Shown here one piece after another: positions 60,087 through 64,000 of a stretch of DNA of 64,000 nucleotides (position 1 is its first letter; each line of letters begins with the position of its first letter). Origin of the DNA: Escherichia coli (GTDB lineage: Bacteria > Pseudomonadota > Gammaproteobacteria > Enterobacterales > Enterobacteriaceae); the NCBI RefSeq assembly GCF_030384885.1, contig NZ_CP128613.1. One strand, 5' to 3'. The notes beneath the pieces were generated by a model, which saw nothing but the letters and a program-made list of their open reading frames with translations, was not told the DNA's origin and searched no databases. A program made the translations under genes and the position numbers.

Positions 60087-61139
60087 GTGATCGATTGGCT
60101 TACCGGGATTTTCCCTTGCACACACAAACCGCTTCCGGCGGGGAGTGTTGTCAGCGTTGATGCTGACGGTGCAATTGAGTGGGAAACCGTTAAGCGACTG
60201 ACTGTTCGCGGTTCGCATGAAGCAACGATGAAAGTACGATCGATAGGATCTAATGGCGAAGGTAAAGCGACACATTTGTACATTGATGGTAATCCTTCCA
60301 AGTTTCTGCAGGGGCATTCTGTTGTTGGGTCGGATGATATACAAGGGCTCATGTTGACGGTCTATGCCAGGATTTTATCCTTATTGAATATTCCTCATGA
60401 TTTAGCGGCTTATAAAGCCGTTATGGCAGGTCAGTATAAAATTTCACGTATTGACATTAATTACATGTATTCATTATCTACGCTGGAAAATGTCAGATCA
60501 TGGCTTTATGCCGCCGAATTTAAAGCTAAAACACGCCATGGTCGCGCATGTGGGAAAGGCGGTACAGTTTATTTAGGTAAAAACTCCCGTCGATGGAGTC
60601 TGAAATTTTATTCAAAATATGATGAACACGTTTCTGGTAAAAAAGGGCACCAGATAGCCGAAGAGTTTGTACGAGCCGGGTTACTGGACTGGACGAAAGA
60701 TAAATTACGTATTGAATTAACATTAAGAACAACTGAGCTTATTGATTTAAATTTAACGCTTGGCGCTAACTGGAATATGAAAACACCACGTCAATTATTC
60801 TCTGAATATGTAGGGAGAATAGAAATGAATCAGAATGCTATTTTAAGTGATGAAAAAATAACGAAACTGCCAAGAAAAATACAGTCAACTTATTTACTTT
60901 GGAAACAAGGGGCTAACATGAAAGAAATGTTACCTCATAACACTTTTTATCGCCATAGAAGAGAATTGCTTTCGTTCGGTATCGATATTAATTTCTATTG
61001 TGATTCACCAGACTCTAATAACGTTGTTCCGCTAATAAGAACGCTGGAAGCCAAGCCAGCGGAAATCCCCTTATGGATTTATGAGAAAGGTTTTATTTTC
61101 GATTACAACCGTATTTCGCACGCCAGTAGCTGGCATTAA
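60087..61139 (+). CDS. Filamentous-phage replication initiation protein (gpII homologue)
   Basis: 350 aa from GTG 60087 (GAGGA 7 nt upstream), VIDWLTGIFPC... Matches to f1 gpII motifs: GNPSKFLQGHSVVGS vs ASPAKVLQGHNVFGT, ISRIDINY vs ISRIDATF, NNVVPLIRT vs NNVVPLVRF. Confidence 0.85.
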   Translation: MIDWLTGIFPCTHKPLPAGSVVSVDADGAIEWETVKRLTVRGSHEATMKVRSIGSNGEGKATHLYIDGNPSKFLQGHSVVGSDDIQGLMLTVYARILSLLNIPHDLAAYKAVMAGQYKISRIDINYMYSLSTLENVRSWLYAAEFKAKTRHGRACGKGGTVYLGKNSRRWSLKFYSKYDEHVSGKKGHQIAEEFVRAGLLDWTKDKLRIELTLRTTELIDLNLTLGANWNMKTPRQLFSEYVGRIEMNQNAILSDEKITKLPRKIQSTYLLWKQGANMKEMLPHNTFYRHRRELLSFGIDINFYCDSPDSNNVVPLIRTLEAKPAEIPLWIYEKGFIFDYNRISHASSWH

Positions 61140-61150
61140 AGGAAAGTAAT

Positions 61151-61468
61151 ATGTCTAATTATGGTCTTTTCGTTAAGGGTAAAATGTTGGGAGCCCGCCA
61201 ACGTAATAAAGTTAATGGTCAGGGCTATTATAATGAAATTGGTATTGGCCTTGAAATACCTGATGGTTTTGGTGGTACAAAGCAGGATCAAATTATTATT
61301 CGAGTTTCTCAGGCTCTCGTTAACGCAGGTCTAATGAACCAGGCGAATGCTTTCATTGGGAAATTAGTTCAAATTCCTGTCTATGTCCGTGCGTGGTCAA
61401 TGGAGGGTAGGGAAGGTGTAACTTATAATGTTTCTTCCGATGGTGGCATCGCAGAGATCAAAGGTTAA
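61151..61468 (+). CDS. Probable ssDNA-binding protein (gpV position)
   Basis: 105-aa ORF directly after gII and before the gVII/gIX analogues. The assignment is by position only; I saw no obvious similarity to f1 g5p. Confidence 0.5.
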   Translation: MSNYGLFVKGKMLGARQRNKVNGQGYYNEIGIGLEIPDGFGGTKQDQIIIRVSQALVNAGLMNQANAFIGKLVQIPVYVRAWSMEGREGVTYNVSSDGGIAEIKG

Positions 61469-61470
61469 AT

Positions 61471-61557
61471 ATGGACGATGTTATTCAAATTTTGATAGCG
61501 TCTGGCATCGTTATTTCTTTTGGCCTCGGCGCGATTACTGCGGGGGTCTTTCGTTAA
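61471..61557 (+). CDS. Minor coat protein gpVII homologue
   Basis: The 28-aa sequence MDDVIQILIASGIVISFGLGAITAGVFR resembles the f1 g7p C-terminus (...FALGIIAGGQR). Its stop overlaps the next ATG (TAATG). Below the ORF-track cutoff. Confidence 0.65.
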   Translation: MDDVIQILIASGIVISFGLGAITAGVFR

Positions 61558-61652
61558 TGTATATCGTTTATTTCTTCGGGGCTTATACCTTTGGTTTTGC
61601 CCTTTTCTATGCGGTCGGTTCATTTAAATCATTTTCTGACCGATTAATGTAA
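61557..61652 (+). CDS. Minor coat protein gpIX homologue
   Basis: 31-aa hydrophobic peptide MYIVYFFGAYTFGFALFYAVGSFKSFSDRLM. Its size and position match f1 g9p. Confidence 0.6.
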   Translation: MYIVYFFGAYTFGFALFYAVGSFKSFSDRLM

Positions 61653-61671
61653 CCTTAATGGAGTTATTCCT

Positions 61672-61914
61672 ATGAAAATTCTGTCTACTGTTAAATATAA
61701 AGTTGCTCTGGCTTCAACTGCGCTTTTTATTTCTGCAAGTTCTTTTGCGGCTGAAGGCGCTACAGGTGGTACTGATTATGCAGGCCAGGCAATGGATGCT
61801 TTGTTGACTCAGGCAAATGATCTCATTGGTAAAGTATGGCCTGTTGTTGTGGCTGTGGTTGGCGCTGGGCTTGCCATTCGTATTTTCAAAAAATTCTCTT
61901 CAAAAGCGGTTTGA
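61672..61914 (+). CDS. Major coat protein gpVIII homologue
   Basis: 80-aa precursor with signal peptide ...ISASSFA|AEGATGG, an acidic N-terminus, a hydrophobic core, and a basic C-terminus [11 protein letters not shown] (f1: KLFKKFTSKAS). Confidence 0.88.
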   Translation: MKILSTVKYKVALASTALFISASSFAAEGATGGTDYAGQAMDALLTQANDLIGKVWPVVVAVVGAGLAIRIFKKFSSKAV

Positions 61915-61923
61915 ATTTCACTC

Positions 61924-61947
61924 AGGGGCACTCGTTGCCCCTTTATT
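61924..61947 (+). terminator. Intrinsic terminator after gVIII
   Basis: Stem AGGGGCA/TGCCCCT followed by TTTATT, in the same position as the strong terminator after gene VIII in Ff phages. Confidence 0.75.
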
Positions 61948-61960
61948 AAAGCGGGTTACT

Positions 61961-63211
61961 ATGAAAAGGAAAATATTAATTCTTTCCGCTGTCCTCATTT
62001 CTCCTTTTTCACATGCTGAGTCATGGGAAAGCATTACTAAATCCACTTATCAAAGTTCTGCCTATGCTGAAAGTAAGCAAATAACCAATCAGGATGGCTC
62101 TAAGATAACGGTTTACTATATTGATGCTGCTATGCAGGCCTCCGCTTGTCAGGGTGCTAAATCCAGTGCTCAGAGTGTATTTACTCGGATTAAACCAACT
62201 TATGAGGGTATCTGGCCTGATTCTGAATTCCGTCTTGTTTTTACTGGCGATTGTACTTACAGCGATTCACCAGGGCAGAAGGATAAATATTGGTCTTTAA
62301 CGGCTTATATTGTTGGTAATATTCAGCGTTCTGTTCCTGATGAAAAACCTACTGACCCGACACCAGAAGAAATTTGTGAAGCGAAGCCGCCAGAAGAAGG
62401 TGTATTTAATAATGTTGATTCATATGATGGTGGTCGCTATATCTACTATAACGGCTGTGAATATGAGGCTACTGGTGTCATTGTTTGTCAGGGTGATGGT
62501 ACTGTTTGCGCTGCAACATGGAAGCCTACAGGTGCTGTAGCTGACCCCTCTGATAAACCCTCAACCCCCCAAAATGGTGGTGGTGAGTCTGGCGGTGGTG
62601 AGTCCGGCGGTGGTGAGTCCGGTGGTGGTGAGTCTGGCGGTGGTGAGTCCGGTGGCGGTAGTTCTGGCGGTGGCTCTAGTGGTTCCAGTCTTTCTAAAGG
62701 TGATATTCAGTCTGCGATCGAAGGTGCTTCACCCAAAATAGCCAGCGATATTCATGATAAATTAACGGAGAAAGACACTTCATCAGATGATAAAAAAAAT
62801 GCCGATGAACAAACCAGGAATAATATAAATCGTCTTGACGATTCCATTAACAATCTTACGCGGGGGGCTGGCCGTTTTGCTGACCCTTCAGGTGGTGATT
62901 CTCGTTATGGAAAGGGCGACTCTGAATTAGATGGCGCTTCTACTTTAGCTGATTCTGAATTGGGAATTGAAAAGGATTCTCACGGTGCTTTATGGGAAGC
63001 ATTTTTAAATAAAGGTGCTATGCTGCCTAATTTACCCAATGGTAACGGCTGCTCTGATTTTATTATTTTTCCCGGAGAGGTTTATCAGATTGATATTGGT
63101 TGCGATAAATTACTGACTATTAAAGATGTTCTTTCATGGGTTTTTTATTGCCTTACGTTCTGGTATGTCTTTACTTCTTTAACTTCATTGCTTCGCAAAG
63201 GGGGTGAGTGA
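61961..63211 (+). CDS. Adsorption / minor coat protein gpIII homologue
   Basis: 416 aa from ATG 61961, with signal peptide [19 protein letters not shown]|ES and a Gly-rich linker. The C-terminal anchor [40 protein letters not shown] resembles f1 IDCDKINLFRGVFAFLLYVATFMYVFSTFANILRNKES. Confidence 0.88.
   Translation: MKRKILILSAVLISPFSHAESWESITKSTYQSSAYAESKQITNQDGSKITVYYIDAAMQASACQGAKSSAQSVFTRIKPTYEGIWPDSEFRLVFTGDCTYSDSPGQKDKYWSLTAYIVGNIQRSVPDEKPTDPTPEEICEAKPPEEGVFNNVDSYDGGRYIYYNGCEYEATGVIVCQGDGTVCAATWKPTGAVADPSDKPSTPQNGGGESGGGESGGGESGGGESGGGESGGGSSGGGSSGSSLSKGDIQSAIEGASPKIASDIHDKLTEKDTSSDDKKNADEQTRNNINRLDDSINNLTRGAGRFADPSGGDSRYGKGDSELDGASTLADSELGIEKDSHGALWEAFLNKGAMLPNLPNGNGCSDFIIFPGEVYQIDIGCDKLLTIKDVLSWVFYCLTFWYVFTSLTSLLRKGGE
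62576..62689 (+). repeat. Tandem 15-bp coding repeats ([10 protein letters not shown] linker of gpIII)
   Basis: Five successive GGTGGTGAGTC(T/C)GG(C/T) units followed by degenerate GGGSS units encode (GGGES)5[10 protein letters not shown]. Confidence 0.9.
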
Positions 63212-63552
63212 TGCCTTTATTATTAGGTATTCCTGCATTGTTGCGTTTTCTTATTGGTCTTGTTCCTTTGTTTATTGGCTATGTGGCGAGTTTTTTAGCT
63301 CGACTTGCTACCAGAACAGGATTAATTGCCTTTGCATTGGTCGCATTAATTACAACAACTGTTACGCTTTTAATGCAGTACCTTGCTGAGGTCATGTATA
63401 ACGGTTTACCTGCTGATTTCTCCCATTTAATGGCGTCTGTATTGCCTGACCATTTTCAGGCGTGTGTTAACGTTATTATGGTTACTCGTATCAGTGTTTT
63501 TGTTTTCGATTTAAAACAAAAATTTCTTGATTATGCAAACAGGGTGATTTAA
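63211..63552 (+). CDS. Minor coat protein gpVI homologue
   Basis: 113 aa, [17 protein letters not shown]...VFVFDLKQKFLDY vs f1 MPVLLGIPLLLRFLGFL...IFIFDVKQKIVSY. The ATG overlaps the gIII TGA. Confidence 0.88.
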   Translation: MPLLLGIPALLRFLIGLVPLFIGYVASFLARLATRTGLIAFALVALITTTVTLLMQYLAEVMYNGLPADFSHLMASVLPDHFQACVNVIMVTRISVFVFDLKQKFLDYANRVI

Positions 63553-64000
63553 ATGGCGGTTTATGTAGTAACAGGCAAATTAGGCTCAGGCAAGACACTT
63601 GTTAGTGTTTCCAGAATACAGGAAAGACTTGCTAAGGGTTGTCCTGTTGCCACTAATCTTGATCTTAAATTGCATAATATGCCTATGGTTGGGCGTTATG
63701 CGAAAAAAACGCGCGTTATTCGCATTCCTGACAAACCTTCATTAAATGATTTACTTGCTATTGGTACTGGGAATACATCTTACGATGAATCCCGTAATGG
63801 CCTCCTTGTACTTGATGAATGTGGTACTTGGTTTAATTCCCGCTCATGGGGTGATAAAGACAGGCAACCTGTTATTGACTGGTTTTTACATGCCAGAAAA
63901 TTAGGCTGGGATATTATATTTTTGATTCAGGATATTTCGATAATGGATAAGCAAGCTCGTCTGGCGCTTGCTGAGCATGTTGTTTATTGTCGCCGTTCAG
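63553..64000 (+). CDS. Assembly ATPase gpI (Zot-like) homologue, 5' part only
   Basis: Hand translation gives MAVYVVTGKLGSGKTLVSVSRIQERLAKGCPVATNLDL...LLVLDECGTWFNSRSWGDKDRQPVIDWFLHARKLGWDIIFLIQD..., near-identical in motifs to f1 g1p, including Walker A GKLGSGKT. It is absent from the ORF track because it runs off the window. Confidence 0.9.
   Translation, partial: MAVYVVTGKLGSGKTLVSVSRIQERLAKGCPVATNLDLKLHNMPMVGRYAKKTRVIRIPDKPSLNDLLAIGTGNTSYDESRNGLLVLDECGTWFNSRSWGDKDRQPVIDWFLHARKLGWDIIFLIQDISIMDKQARLALAEHVVYCRRS

Larger units (their letters stand above)
58113..64000 (+). mobile_element. Ff/M13-like filamentous (Inoviridae) prophage integrated at dif; right end beyond the window
   Basis: Canonical order gII-gV-gVII-gIX-gVIII-gIII-gVI-gI with clear motif-level similarity to f1 proteins, preceded by a leftward cargo/regulatory block and a dif-like junction. 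No integrase is visible, which implies Xer-dependent integration. Confidence 0.9.

Noticed and set aside
61428-61652. 74-aa ORF-track entry between gV and gVIII
   Set aside because: Its 5' part overlaps the end of gV and the 28-codon gVII-like ORF in another frame. Two short back-to-back ORFs (61471-61557 and 61557-61652, joined by TAATG) match the Ff gVII/gIX layout much better.
61817-61960. Upstream extension of the gIII ORF (464-aa form) overlapping gVIII and its terminator
   Set aside because: The extension overlaps the gVIII coding sequence and the terminator hairpin. The ATG at 61961 gives a canonical signal peptide homologous to that of f1 g3p.
62576-62689. Short tandem repeats that might suggest a CRISPR or VNTR locus
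   Set aside because: The 15-bp units are contiguous without spacers and in frame, encoding the (GGGES)n linker of gpIII. This is not a CRISPR array.

Overview
This window is Escherichia coli chromosome from the replication-terminus region. It is collinear with K-12 from ynfL/mlc to hipBA but reverse-complemented relative to K-12 numbering. Gene names come from my recognition of the translated K-12 proteins and their synteny; no database search was possible. From 1 to about 58.1 kb the content is ordinary core genome: mlc, ynfK, a frameshifted clcB, the ynfEFGH-dmsD selenate/DMSO-reductase operon, speG, rspAB, ydfJ, ydfI, ydfZ, rspR, ydfG, dcp, dgcZ, the PhoP-regulated mgrR/mgtS pair, marRAB/marC, sotB, yneK, yneJ, sad, glsB, dgcF, uxaB, yneE, tam, the complete lsr AI-2 locus, a full-length type Va autotransporter and hipBA. 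Three differences from K-12 stand out. There is no Qin prophage, so ydfJ is intact next to rspB. The yneO autotransporter is intact rather than a pseudogene. clcB carries a 1-nt deletion. The accessory part starts 76 nt after hipA, exactly where dif lies in K-12. A dif-like junction is followed by an Ff/M13-like filamentous (inovirus) prophage with gII, gV, gVII, gIX, gVIII, gIII, gVI and gI homologues; it runs off the window end. Between the dif-like junction and the phage replication gene sits a leftward cargo block: an RHH-like regulator, a 4-TM protein, and a 309-aa protein with an AbiJ-NTD4-like N-terminus and a HEPN-type motif (RNKEGGH). This block is my best candidate for an uncharacterised, possibly anti-phage or toxin, system. 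No rRNA, tRNA, CRISPR array or IS element was seen.
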